This document shows, one piece after another, positions 29,586 to 39,375 of a stretch of 64,000 nt of DNA (within the stretch, counting starts at the first letter, position 1; every line of letters begins with the position of its first letter). The notes beneath the pieces are model-generated. The model was not told where the DNA came from and did not search any database. It saw nothing but the letters and a program-made list of their open reading frames with translations. Origin of the DNA: Candidatus Woesearchaeota archaeon. GTDB taxonomy: Archaea > Nanobdellota > Nanobdellia > SCGC-AAA011-G17 > GW2011-AR18. Position numbers and translations under genes: made by a program. The DNA lies in contig JAGVZG010000003.1 in NCBI GenBank assembly GCA_018302765.1, positions 11,081 through 75,080 on the forward strand. The letters are read 5' to 3'.

Positions 29586-31007
29586 CTAATGCTTTCCTTC
29601 CTTATTGTACCAAGGAACTAATTCACCACAAACTCTTTCTAATCCACTTCTATCTAAAAGAGATAACTCATGCTGGGTATCTCCTGATAAACGTCCGCCT
29701 ATGCGCATAACTAATAATCTCCCAATTCCATTATCTGAAATAAAACGATGTTTCACACAAGGCTTCATATAAACAGAATCTCTAGGATAAATATACTCAT
29801 ACTCCACTTGTCGATCATAACTAGATTCCCAACTAAGACCAACACGACTTTCACCAATATTGTAAATATATTGATGTCCTAAAGTTTTTAAGCTTGAAGT
29901 CTCACCTGGACGTACAGTAACTTCTAATCCTTTAGAATAAGGTAACTTAGGAGTAGAAGCAAGCTCAACAAAAGTATAAAGTCCACTTTCATCTGGATAA
30001 TTCCATCTTCTAGCTTGCTCATAAGATAAATTAATCACAGGATCAGAACTTACTACAGGCATTAAATCTCTAACGCTAACACCTAAAACTTTAGCAACAG
30101 ATCTTAATTCATCTACAGTAGGAATAATATCTCTGCCATCTTCAATAGATTGCATATACTTTAAAGATAAACCAACTTTTTTAGCAAGTATGTCAAGAGG
30201 CATAGATAATTGTTCACGGAAAAACCTAATTAAAGATCCAGAAGCTCCTCCATCAGAATAATTAATTAAAAAATCAGAAGCAGAATTCAAACCTAAAACT
30301 GCTAATTCCTGCTGGGCATCACCCATTAACCTAACACCATAAGTCAAAGCAAGAATAACGCCAAGTTCTCTAGCTTCATTTTTACGAGTTGCAAAAGTAT
30401 GGGGAATATAAGGTGTAATATACATTGAATCTCCTGTATTTGTCTGTACACAAAAACGTTTTCCTCCATGTTCATAATAAAAGTTAACAGGTCCAATGAA
30501 GTATGTAAATTGATGTAAAAAATGCCCATTATTCCAGCACAGTTCTTCTGAATTAGGGTCATTATTATCAACAACTAGAAGTTCTTTTATCCACTCTGGT
30601 CTAAAAAGAGAAGTCCTGCTCATTGCAGTGTCTCTGTATTCATAATAAGGTCTGCCTCCACGATCAAGAACACGAGAAGATCTTTCGCTTTGTTCATTAG
30701 TCATTATTAACGCACCACTACGAGCATCATCTTCAAAAACATAAAAATCCCTTATATTAACTGGCCAAATCTGAGATGCTTTAACAATAAGTTCATGCGG
30801 TATTTCTTCTCTACCGTCAATATATCTCTGCAAAAGAGAAGTATCAATTCCTAATTCACATGCAGCAGTACTAAAATCACGTTTAAGGTCATTTAAAATG
30901 CCAAAAAAATTACGTCCCATTAATTTATTACTTAACATTCCCAACTCCTCCAAATTCAGCAACAGCAGCACAATAATTATCTGGAGAATGTAATTCTCTC
31001 CATCCAT
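29586..31007 (-). CDS. HepD/MPnS/HMPnS-family non-heme Fe(II) bi-cupin oxygenase (2-hydroxyethylphosphonate dioxygenase or methylphosphonate synthase-like)
   Basis: Duplicated HTH(XRE-like)-cupin architecture. HTH1 is ELGIDTSLLQRYIDGREEIP. Cupin1 is GHFLHQFTYF...YITPYIPHTF, with an H-x3-Q pair as in HepD/MPnS. HTH2 is LAKKVGLSLKYMQSIEDGRDIIP. Cupin2 is MKPCVKHRFI. The annotated first 23 aa overlap the upstream gene by 80 nt and are probably not translated. A GGAG lies upstream of the internal MLSNK start. Confidence 0.65.
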   Translation of the reverse strand: MDGENYILQIIIVLLLLNLEELGMLSNKLMGRNFFGILNDLKRDFSTAACELGIDTSLLQRYIDGREEIPHELIVKASQIWPVNIRDFYVFEDDARSGALIMTNEQSERSSRVLDRGGRPYYEYRDTAMSRTSLFRPEWIKELLVVDNNDPNSEELCWNNGHFLHQFTYFIGPVNFYYEHGGKRFCVQTNTGDSMYITPYIPHTFATRKNEARELGVILALTYGVRLMGDAQQELAVLGLNSASDFLINYSDGGASGSLIRFFREQLSMPLDILAKKVGLSLKYMQSIEDGRDIIPTVDELRSVAKVLGVSVRDLMPVVSSDPVINLSYEQARRWNYPDESGLYTFVELASTPKLPYSKGLEVTVRPGETSSLKTLGHQYIYNIGESRVGLSWESSYDRQVEYEYIYPRDSVYMKPCVKHRFISDNGIGRLLVMRIGGRLSGDTQHELSLLDRSGLERVCGELVPWYNKEGKH

Positions 31008-32670
31008 GATTCACTTCAACACTTTTAACATTATAACCACGATCTATTATCTCTTGAATTACATCTGTCAAAGAAGCCTTGTAAATTGATTCAGCTTCAT
31101 GAAAATATCCGTCTATATACTTTCCCAAACAATCATGATAAACTTGCATTAAAGACTCTGCACCTCTTCTAGATAAATAAGTAATGCCTATAAACTCAGC
31201 ACTCGCCTGTTCACAAGGAATTGATTTGCCTATTCTTAAAACACGATTTTCTGGTCTACGCAACTGTCTCAAACCTGAATTATTTGTAACAACCAAATCT
31301 AACTTCGATTTATAGTCTGGCTCACGCAGACGATAAGAATTATCAGTAACAATAATAATATCACTATCTTGCCTTGAAGACAAAACTTTTTTAATAATTT
31401 CATCTGTAAATAAAATATCAGAGTAAACTATTAACAATTCATTATTAAATTCCTTTTCAGCACGTGCAAGTGTAGCCATTATTCCTTGATCTTGCATACT
31501 TGCATCACAAAAACGAACACCTTGAACATAAAGTTTCTCTTCATGCTGGCCACGAATTACAACGCAATCGCTAATGCCAACATTCTTTAATGACTGAAGT
31601 TGATAATCAATAACTCTACCATCTCCAAATTGAAGAGAACTGCAAGGCTTATTAGAACACAAATCTCCTAAATTAGTATGCTTACCTGCTGCAGGAATTA
31701 CTACTTTAACGCCATTTTCATAAGCCATTCCTCTGGTCTTTAAGTCATTAAATCCTACAACTTCAAAAATAGTTTTAACAGGAGTACATAACCCATCTGC
31801 TTCTAAAGACCTTCCGTGCGCAAGAATAGATCTGGCAACGCCTTCCATACTTCTATGGGCAGCACGCAGCATATGGTTTGCATAAATTACAACATTAAAT
31901 CCTGCTTCTCTTAATTCATCTTCAGTAATAGAATTATAAGTAGTAGGAACACAAATAAGAGGTTTAAATACACCTAGCTCCCTACATAAAACATGATATT
32001 CTCTAGAAAAAGATAATACTTGGTCTGGCGTATTTTGATTAGAATGTATCATTACGCCATCAACACCTGCTTGAAGATAAATTCTAGCTCGTCCAACAGC
32101 GTCTTCTAAATCACGTCCTGCAATAAAACTTTCTATACGTGAAAAAATAAGTAAATCTTGACTTAGTCTATTATCAATACCCCTACGTAATTTAGCAGCA
32201 AAATCCTTAGGGTCTTCTAATACATGTGAAGAAGTTTTATCCAAACTATTACGTTTAGGCCAAACTTGATCCTCAACAATAACAGCAGAGACACCAAAAT
32301 TAGTAAGACGCTGAAGCAAATAATCAAAATTATTAGAGTCTCCTCCAGTGTCCCCATCAACAATCAAAGGTTTGCGGGTTACATTTGTAATTTCAGCGAC
32401 AGTTTCAATTCTGGAATCAAAACTCACTACTTGAACATCAGGCTGACCTTTTGCTGCTGAATCAGTAAAACTACTGACCCATATGCCATCAAATTCTAAT
32501 GCGCCATTAGAACCATCAATAATATCAACTGAAGCCTTTTCAGCCACTATTGCGCTTAAGCCATTATGTGCTTCTAAAACTCTTACAAATCTACCATTAT
32601 CAAACATAGCTCTAAGCAAACCTCTACGTTTCTCCGGAAGAATAACTTCTCTACTAGGCATTAGCATCAC
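30928..32670 (-). CDS. pepM: Bifunctional phosphoenolpyruvate phosphomutase (N-terminal) / PntC-like phosphonate cytidylyltransferase (C-terminal)
   Basis: The N-terminal ~290 aa belong to the ICL/PEPM family (RVLEAHNGLSAIVAEKA, DGDTGGD, PEPM-type EDQVWPKRNSL block; canonical is EDKxxxxxNS). The C-terminal ~250 aa form an NTP-transferase fold (VVIPAAGKHTNLG, LicC/PntC-like). Confidence 0.8.
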   Translation of the reverse strand: MMLMPSREVILPEKRRGLLRAMFDNGRFVRVLEAHNGLSAIVAEKASVDIIDGSNGALEFDGIWVSSFTDSAAKGQPDVQVVSFDSRIETVAEITNVTRKPLIVDGDTGGDSNNFDYLLQRLTNFGVSAVIVEDQVWPKRNSLDKTSSHVLEDPKDFAAKLRRGIDNRLSQDLLIFSRIESFIAGRDLEDAVGRARIYLQAGVDGVMIHSNQNTPDQVLSFSREYHVLCRELGVFKPLICVPTTYNSITEDELREAGFNVVIYANHMLRAAHRSMEGVARSILAHGRSLEADGLCTPVKTIFEVVGFNDLKTRGMAYENGVKVVIPAAGKHTNLGDLCSNKPCSSLQFGDGRVIDYQLQSLKNVGISDCVVIRGQHEEKLYVQGVRFCDASMQDQGIMATLARAEKEFNNELLIVYSDILFTDEIIKKVLSSRQDSDIIIVTDNSYRLREPDYKSKLDLVVTNNSGLRQLRRPENRVLRIGKSIPCEQASAEFIGITYLSRRGAESLMQVYHDCLGKYIDGYFHEAESIYKASLTDVIQEIIDRGYNVKSVEVNHGWRELHSPDNYCAAVAEFGGVGNVK

Positions 32671-32742
32671 TAAGTGATAAACAAAAAAGAGAACTTATAA
32701 AAAGTTTATGGTAACTAAAACCTGTATATTAAAGAATAATGT

Positions 32743-33492
32743 TTAATCATATTTTCCAAGAAAAGAATTAATTCTAATTCTAAACATATCTCTCAAACCC
32801 TCAAATACAGTAGTTATTTTTACTCTTTCACTACCTACGTAATGCCACTTAACTGGAGCTCCAACAATTTTAAATCCCTTTTTCTTAGCTATGAATAAAG
32901 TTTCAATATCAAATCCAGGGTTTACAGCAGCTCTTTCAAGTTTGAAATCTTTCTTCCACCTTCGTAGCATTGAAGGAAATATGACCTTAATAGATTTTTT
33001 ATTAAAAGCCTTAAACCCGCATTGTGTATCTTGGAAAGGTAAACCTAAAATAAGAACCCTTAAAACAACGTATCCATAAGCATACAACTTTCTAATAAAT
33101 GGTGCGCCTTTTCTACCTTTTCTTAAGCCTATAACCATATCATATCCTTTTTCAAAAATTGGAAAAAATTTTTCAACCTCGCTTATAGGCACAGCCTGAT
33201 CCATATCAGTAAAAAGAGTTATGTCTCCACGGCTTGCAAGCAATCCAGTCATAACAGTTATTGCCTTACCACCATGTTCATTCTGTATAAGTTTAAAATT
33301 CTTCTTATTAACAATATATTTTTTAACCAGAGAAATAGTGTTATCTTTAGACCCGTCATCAACTATTATCACTTCATAAGAATACCTCTTATTTTTAAAA
33401 TAAGAAGCAACTTGTTCCAATACGTTTTTCCTTAAATTTTCTGCTTCATTATAAGCAGGTATTATCACTGACAGCTTTACCATTTTTAACAA
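32743..33492 (-). CDS. GT2 polyprenyl-phosphate sugar synthase (DPM1-like)
   Basis: LSVIIPAYNEAENL...EVIIVDDGSKDNT...LFTDMDQAVP motifs. Confidence 0.75.
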   Translation of the reverse strand: MLKMVKLSVIIPAYNEAENLRKNVLEQVASYFKNKRYSYEVIIVDDGSKDNTISLVKKYIVNKKNFKLIQNEHGGKAITVMTGLLASRGDITLFTDMDQAVPISEVEKFFPIFEKGYDMVIGLRKGRKGAPFIRKLYAYGYVVLRVLILGLPFQDTQCGFKAFNKKSIKVIFPSMLRRWKKDFKLERAAVNPGFDIETLFIAKKKGFKIVGAPVKWHYVGSERVKITTVFEGLRDMFRIRINSFLGKYD

Positions 33493-34729
33493 AAGTATAA
33501 ATTAGCATAAATATAAATGTTAGTACTATCAAAATAAGCAAAACAAATATCACCTGTAATAAACTGCTATGGTAAAAAACTAAAAGTAAAAATTCTAGTA
33601 ATATTAATAATACCAAACCATAAACAAAATTTATTCTATTAACAGAAAGATTGTAGAAAGCAAGTAAATAAACATAAGAAAATATGCTCATCAAAAATGC
33701 AAAAATAGCTATGTATTTCGTAATAACAAGATAGCTTTTACCAAATAACACTAACACTACAAGTTTAGGGAATAATAAATAAACTAAAATAATTCCTCCG
33801 CATAAAATAGAGACTAAAAATAAAGCTTTCTTCAATAAATGTAAGTTTTCCTTACCTAAAGCATGCATCTCAGCTACCTTGGGAAACAATACAGAAACAA
33901 TGGCAAATGAAACAAAAAATGCAATTCTTCCCAACAAAGCTGCTGCAGCATAATAGCCTGCAGTAACGTCATCAAAATAATACTTAACTAGCATGACGTC
34001 TAAACTATAAAACAAAGTCAAAGACAGCAAAACAATAAAAACAGGCCAGGAATATTTATAAACAATTTTTGTATTTAATTTTTTATTATATTTCTTAAAA
34101 TAATTCCTTATTAGAAAAAAGCCAACTAAGAGTGAAATAATATAAGAACTAAATATTCCTAATGTTGCACCAAATACACCAAGTCCTAAAAATACAAGTA
34201 TCAAACCAAAGCAAAATTTAACTATAGCTTCTATAATAAAATTATTGCCTAAACTTCTAAAGCTTTGCAGGCCCTGCAAAACCCCACGTACTACTGGCAA
34301 CAAAAAAAGAGCCGGGATTGATATAGCAACAATAAATAAAACATTGATTGGAATCTTAAGATATTTGGATAAAAACAAGTAAGACAAAAAAACTAATACA
34401 GTAAAGGCACAAATACTTATCAAAAGTAATTTTCTGCTAGCTCTAACAAATAAATTACTTATGCTTTTATTATCTCCTTTTGCCTTAAACATTGCCACAA
34501 ATTTAGATATAGAAGTTTGTATAACATTAAAAGGAACTAACAAAATGTAAAATAATGATAGCACAACCCCTAAAATACCATAATCAGCAGGGCCTAAAAC
34601 CCTTCCCATAACAAAATGATAAAGAAAACCAGCTAAATTCATAATCATTGTAGCTATAAAAAGAATAAAACTATCTCTAATCAAACTATCTTCCTTAGTG
34701 TATTTAAAAAGTTTCCTTAGATAAGCCAT
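33449..34729 (-). CDS. Wzx-type oligosaccharide flippase (MOP superfamily), second copy
   Basis: 426 aa, 12 TM. N-terminal IATMIMNLAGFLYHFVMGRVLGPADYGILGVVLSLFYIL block. Confidence 0.65.
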   Translation of the reverse strand: MAYLRKLFKYTKEDSLIRDSFILFIATMIMNLAGFLYHFVMGRVLGPADYGILGVVLSLFYILLVPFNVIQTSISKFVAMFKAKGDNKSISNLFVRASRKLLLISICAFTVLVFLSYLFLSKYLKIPINVLFIVAISIPALFLLPVVRGVLQGLQSFRSLGNNFIIEAIVKFCFGLILVFLGLGVFGATLGIFSSYIISLLVGFFLIRNYFKKYNKKLNTKIVYKYSWPVFIVLLSLTLFYSLDVMLVKYYFDDVTAGYYAAAALLGRIAFFVSFAIVSVLFPKVAEMHALGKENLHLLKKALFLVSILCGGIILVYLLFPKLVVLVLFGKSYLVITKYIAIFAFLMSIFSYVYLLAFYNLSVNRINFVYGLVLLILLEFLLLVFYHSSLLQVIFVLLILIVLTFIFMLIYTFVKNGKAVSDNTCL

Positions 34730-35721
34730 ATTAAACTACTAAAAAATAATTGAATTAATATCATAAAAAATACTATTTGTTTCTCTGTGAATTTCCCAGT
34801 TCTTGCAAAAACATGAGGAAAAGAATATATCTTATCATAATCTACTTTAACTTTGCCTTTGTAATAATAGCCATAACTCTGAGCCTTAAACCTGCTGCGT
34901 GCTTTAAGAACAAATTCGATAAAAAAAGGAATGGCACTAATAATTGCTGCTTTTTCTATATTCCCGACTATAGCAATAATAGCAATAGTTGCTCCTAATA
35001 AATAAGTCAATGAATCACCTGGAAGTATCTTGGCAGGACATTTATTATAAACATAAAAAGCAATTAAGGAAAAAAAAGCAACTAAAGCTATCAATGCTGC
35101 TATATATCTATTAAAATGATAAGCATATATTCCCAACATCCCAATATAAACTATAGCCATGCCAGTGCCAAGACCATTATAACCCTCCAACATATTTACC
35201 ATGTTAGAAGCACCAACAACACCTATTGGAATAATAAATAAAGGATAAAATATCCCTATATCAACAACACTGAAAATAGGCAACCACATCTCTGTATTTC
35301 CTGCATTAACAACCATTAAAGGGACAGCAGCAGTAAGAGTCAATAATGGCTTCTCCCACTGCTTCAAGCCTATTGAATAATCTTTAGAACTTTTAATTAC
35401 TAGATCATCTAAAAAACCAACTAGTGTTATTATAAACAAACTAACCATGCTAGCAAACAACAGCATTAGATTTCTATCAGTAGCCACAAGCCCAACTTTT
35501 CCCGTAACAAAAAAAGTTCTATAAAAAATAAACAGTAATAAACCAGAGAACACCCCAACAAGTACTGCAAGACCACCAGATATAGGAACTAGTGGCTTGT
35601 CTTTTTTATTTTGATCTTTAACAACCAAACCTATTTTTACAAGATATTTTATTAACCAAGGTGTAATAAAATAAACTACAAGAAAACTTACAATGCCATA
35701 AGAAAAAATTGAATAATTCAT
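34717..35721 (-). CDS. Polyprenyl-phosphate N-acetylhexosamine-1-phosphate transferase (MraY/WecA/AglH family)
   Basis: 10 TM. Conserved GFLDDL (VDDL-type) motif and ISGGLAVLVG region. Archaeal AglH-like initiating enzyme. Confidence 0.7.
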   Translation of the reverse strand: MNYSIFSYGIVSFLVVYFITPWLIKYLVKIGLVVKDQNKKDKPLVPISGGLAVLVGVFSGLLLFIFYRTFFVTGKVGLVATDRNLMLLFASMVSLFIITLVGFLDDLVIKSSKDYSIGLKQWEKPLLTLTAAVPLMVVNAGNTEMWLPIFSVVDIGIFYPLFIIPIGVVGASNMVNMLEGYNGLGTGMAIVYIGMLGIYAYHFNRYIAALIALVAFFSLIAFYVYNKCPAKILPGDSLTYLLGATIAIIAIVGNIEKAAIISAIPFFIEFVLKARSRFKAQSYGYYYKGKVKVDYDKIYSFPHVFARTGKFTEKQIVFFMILIQLFFSSLIWLI

Positions 35722-35788
35722 TAAAGTATTTGAAAAATTGTCATATTAAAAACTTTGTGAATTTGTTATTATCTAAGCAAACAAAAAA

Positions 35789-37348
35789 TCAAAATTTAAT
35801 GACTTCAACTTGCCCGAATTTTTTAGTATTGTTTGAGAAAGAATTAATAAAATCATTTTCCTCCTTGCTTAATTTTCTTGGAAAATCTCTGCTAACTCTG
35901 TCAAGTATTAAATAACCACTTGTATTATTGAGTTCAAAAATGTCTTTTACAAGAATATAATTAGGTCTTGTAACCCTGTAATCAAATAAACTTTTATAAT
36001 CAACTATCCTCGAAGCTTCAAAAACATTAGGATTATTTGTCCCAGAATCACTTAATATATAATCAACAGACTGAAGTTTAAACTTATAAGGTATACCATA
36101 AGTTGCACCTGTTCCACCAATTTCTGAAATAGAAAAATAAAAACTAATTACAAAAAATAATTGCAAGATTACAAAAATAGCTAAAATCACAGCCAATGCT
36201 AATCTAAAAACCTCTCTAATTCTATCCAATACAAAAATCAACCCTAAAGAAGATATAATAAAAATAACAGGAAATAAAACTATAAGATTATGAGGCATAA
36301 CGCTCTTATTTCTAATAATCATAAGAACTATAGGAACTAAAAACCATAAAGCTAACGTTAAATACCTAAAATCAAGATTTTTATATTTTTTATCATAGAT
36401 ATAATACTTAAAGAAATAAATAAAAAGCACTATAAATAAAATGGAAAATATAAAAGGTAAATAACTATAAATAAAATCAAAAAAACCATTAAAAACCTTA
36501 AAGTCTCCAGTAAGATAACTTCCAAAATAACCGCTGGAAAATATAAAAGGCATTGCTATAGCATCTCTAAAATTAATTAAAACAGAACTATCCCTTAAGG
36601 CACTTTTTGTATAATGGAGTACTGTAAATCCTTCATTTAACGGACTAGACCCAATAACATAACTATTTATAATAAAAGGAACAAAAGTTAAAATAAAAAC
36701 CAAAAGACTAATACAAACCATTCTATAATCAAAACTAAATTTCAACTTAAGATAAAATAAAAATAAAGCAAGAAATACAACAAAATATAATTGCAAACCA
36801 GCAGGATATGGGTGGGTAATAAAACCCAAAAATAAAGCCATAGGAACAAGCCATATCTGCTTCTTTTCCACAAGAACCTTAAATAAAGAAAAAAAGATAG
36901 GTATAATTAAAATAGGTAAATAATTAGGAGCCCAAGGATAATTTGAGTAAAGAATAACATGCCAAGGATTAATAGCATAAAGCAAAGAAGCCAAGACTGC
37001 AGCACGATTGGAGAAAAACCTATTGACAAAAATATAAGTAAATAAAACAGCAAGGCTATTTAATAGAGCCATGAACAAACCAGCAAATATATAATTTTTT
37101 GTAATTGTTCTAACCAAAGACAATAAATAAAAATGAAAAGGTCCAAAAGTTTGCTGTGTCCTGAATTCACCTTGTGTAGGTACCATTCCGCCTAAATAAA
37201 AATCTCCACTAGATATTTTATCAGCGTAATCCATTTGCTGAACAATATCTCCATCAAATAAAGTAAAATCCAAAAAACTAATTCGTAAAATAAAAGCAAG
37301 AAGAAATATTGCCAATGGGATTAAGAATTTTTTATGCTTTAATAACAT
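35789..37348 (-). CDS. GT-C-fold membrane glycosyltransferase (PMT_2 / ArnT-like, Dol-P-sugar dependent)
   Basis: FDGD acidic motif in the first extracytoplasmic loop. More than 10 TM. PMT_2-like AINPWHV region. Confidence 0.6.
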   Translation of the reverse strand: MLLKHKKFLIPLAIFLLAFILRISFLDFTLFDGDIVQQMDYADKISSGDFYLGGMVPTQGEFRTQQTFGPFHFYLLSLVRTITKNYIFAGLFMALLNSLAVLFTYIFVNRFFSNRAAVLASLLYAINPWHVILYSNYPWAPNYLPILIIPIFFSLFKVLVEKKQIWLVPMALFLGFITHPYPAGLQLYFVVFLALFLFYLKLKFSFDYRMVCISLLVFILTFVPFIINSYVIGSSPLNEGFTVLHYTKSALRDSSVLINFRDAIAMPFIFSSGYFGSYLTGDFKVFNGFFDFIYSYLPFIFSILFIVLFIYFFKYYIYDKKYKNLDFRYLTLALWFLVPIVLMIIRNKSVMPHNLIVLFPVIFIISSLGLIFVLDRIREVFRLALAVILAIFVILQLFFVISFYFSISEIGGTGATYGIPYKFKLQSVDYILSDSGTNNPNVFEASRIVDYKSLFDYRVTRPNYILVKDIFELNNTSGYLILDRVSRDFPRKLSKEENDFINSFSNNTKKFGQVEVIKF

Positions 37349-37466
37349 AAAAATAAAAATGCAAAAATATTTATAAATTATACTATTAAATTAACTATAA
37401 CGACATACGTTATTCTAATCGATTAGGGTTCATAAATTTTATAAAGACCCATAAAAGCAAAACAAG

Positions 37467-38660
37467 ATGGATAAACTGGGGATAAATGGTGGAAGACCAG
37501 TTAGAGATAATTTTCTAGTCTTTGGAAAACCACATATTACTGAAAAAGACATAGAAGAAGTAGTAGACACTCTAAAAACAGGATGGATTGGTTTTGGACC
37601 AAAATCAATAAAATTTGAAAATCTGTTCAAAGAATACATAGGAACAAAAAATGCTGTTAGTGTAAGCTCATGTACTGCTGCATTAGACCTATCGCTAAAA
37701 TTATACGGAATAAAAGAAGGAGATGAAGTTATAACAACGCCATTGACTTTTGCATCAACAGCAAATGTAATAGTACACAACAAAGCTACACCTATATTCG
37801 TAGATGTAATAAAAGAAACACAGAATATCGATCCTAGAAAAATAGAAGAAGCAATAACTCCAAAGACAAAAGCAGTTATACCAGTACATCTAGCTGGGAG
37901 ACCATGTGATATTAAACAGATAGTAGAAATATGCGAAAAACATGGTTTAAAAATAATATGGGATTGTGCACACGCAATAGAAGCTGAATACAGTGGGAAA
38001 AAAGTAGGTAGTTATGAAAACATATGTGCATTTAGTTTCTATCCTACTAAAAACATAACTACATGTGAAGGTGGAATGATAACTACAAATGATGATGAAA
38101 TAGCTAGGAAAGCAGAAGTATATAGATTACAAGGAATGAGTAGAGACGCATGGAAAAGATATAGTGAAGAAGGATTCAAACCTTATGATGTAATAATGCC
38201 TGGTTTTAAATATAATATTACAGACTTACAAGCCGCACTGGGAATTAATCAGTTAATAGAAATAGAAGAGAAATGGAAAGTAAGAGACAAAATATTCAAG
38301 AAATATAATGAAGAATTCTCAAAATTAGATTCTGTAATGACACCAGTAGAAGTCGAAGAGAAAAATAAACATGCTAGGCATCTTTACACACTACTATTAA
38401 AAATTGAAAATCTAAGTGCTACAAGAAATGAAATATGTGCAGCCCTACAAGCAGAAAACATAGGATCAGGAATACATTTCATAGGACTAAATCTGACAAA
38501 ATACTACAAAGAAAACCACAAATTCAAAAATTTGCCAAATGCAGGATATATATCTGAAAGAACATTATCACTTCCTCTGGCCTCAAACTTAACTGAGAAA
38601 GATACAGATGATGTAATAGAAGCTGTAAAAAAAGTCATTAAACACTATGAAAGAAAATAA
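37467..38660 (+). CDS. DegT/DnrJ/EryC1/StrS-family PLP-dependent sugar aminotransferase
   Basis: N-terminal GWIGFGPKSIKFENLFKEYIG. Fold type I aminotransferase blocks throughout. 397 aa. Confidence 0.85.
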   Translation: MDKLGINGGRPVRDNFLVFGKPHITEKDIEEVVDTLKTGWIGFGPKSIKFENLFKEYIGTKNAVSVSSCTAALDLSLKLYGIKEGDEVITTPLTFASTANVIVHNKATPIFVDVIKETQNIDPRKIEEAITPKTKAVIPVHLAGRPCDIKQIVEICEKHGLKIIWDCAHAIEAEYSGKKVGSYENICAFSFYPTKNITTCEGGMITTNDDEIARKAEVYRLQGMSRDAWKRYSEEGFKPYDVIMPGFKYNITDLQAALGINQLIEIEEKWKVRDKIFKKYNEEFSKLDSVMTPVEVEEKNKHARHLYTLLLKIENLSATRNEICAALQAENIGSGIHFIGLNLTKYYKENHKFKNLPNAGYISERTLSLPLASNLTEKDTDDVIEAVKKVIKHYERK

Positions 38661-39375
38661 TATTGAACTAAGCCTAGTTATTGCCTGCTACAATGAAGAA
38701 GAAATAATAGAAGAAACACTGCCAAGATTAAAAAATTTCTTAGATTTAACCAACATTAAATACGAACTAATAATAATAGATGATAAAAGCAAAGATAGAA
38801 CTGTAGACTTAGTAAACAAGATTATAAAAGACCATAAAAACACTAAATTTGTAGTACATAAAAATAATACAGGAAGAGGTGGTGTAATAAAAGAAGGAAT
38901 AAACCTAGCAAGTGGCAAATATGTAGGTTTCATAGATATAGACTTAGAAGTTCCAGAGCATTATATATTCCCAGCTATTATTTTATTAAGAAAAAAAAAT
39001 GATGTAGTAATAGCAAGAAGATTTTATAAAATTAAACCATCAGCTTTACTAAGATGGTTTACAGGAACAGGTTATGTAGCCTTAATGAGAAATATAATAA
39101 AACTAAAGTTTACAGATACAGAAGCAGGCTTCAAATTCTTTAATAGAGAAAAAATATTGCCTGTATTAAAACTAACTGAAAATAACCATTGGTTTTGGGA
39201 CACAGAAATAGTAGCTATGAGTTACTTTAATAAACTAAAAATAGCAGAGTTGCCTGTTGTATTTATAAGAAGAGAGGATAAAACTTCAACAGTTAAATTA
39301 TTTAGTGATACTTATAAATATTTTATTAGTTTGATGAAATTCAGAAAAAGATTAAAAAAATTGGGTTATATATGA
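38647..39375 (+). CDS. GT2 glycosyltransferase (DPM1-like)
   Basis: LSLVIACYNEEEII...ELIIIDDKSKDRT...FIDIDLEVP. Confidence 0.75.
   Translation: MKENNIELSLVIACYNEEEIIEETLPRLKNFLDLTNIKYELIIIDDKSKDRTVDLVNKIIKDHKNTKFVVHKNNTGRGGVIKEGINLASGKYVGFIDIDLEVPEHYIFPAIILLRKKNDVVIARRFYKIKPSALLRWFTGTGYVALMRNIIKLKFTDTEAGFKFFNREKILPVLKLTENNHWFWDTEIVAMSYFNKLKIAELPVVFIRREDKTSTVKLFSDTYKYFISLMKFRKRLKKLGYI

Noticed and set aside
29586..31007. The hydrophobic N-terminal 23 aa (MDGENYILQIIIVLLLLNLEELG) of the HepD-like ORF, which would imply a membrane anchor.
   Set aside because: This segment overlaps the upstream PepM gene by 80 nt. An internal Met preceded by GGAG gives a conventional start. HepD/MPnS enzymes are soluble. 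The segment is most likely an ORF-caller extension.
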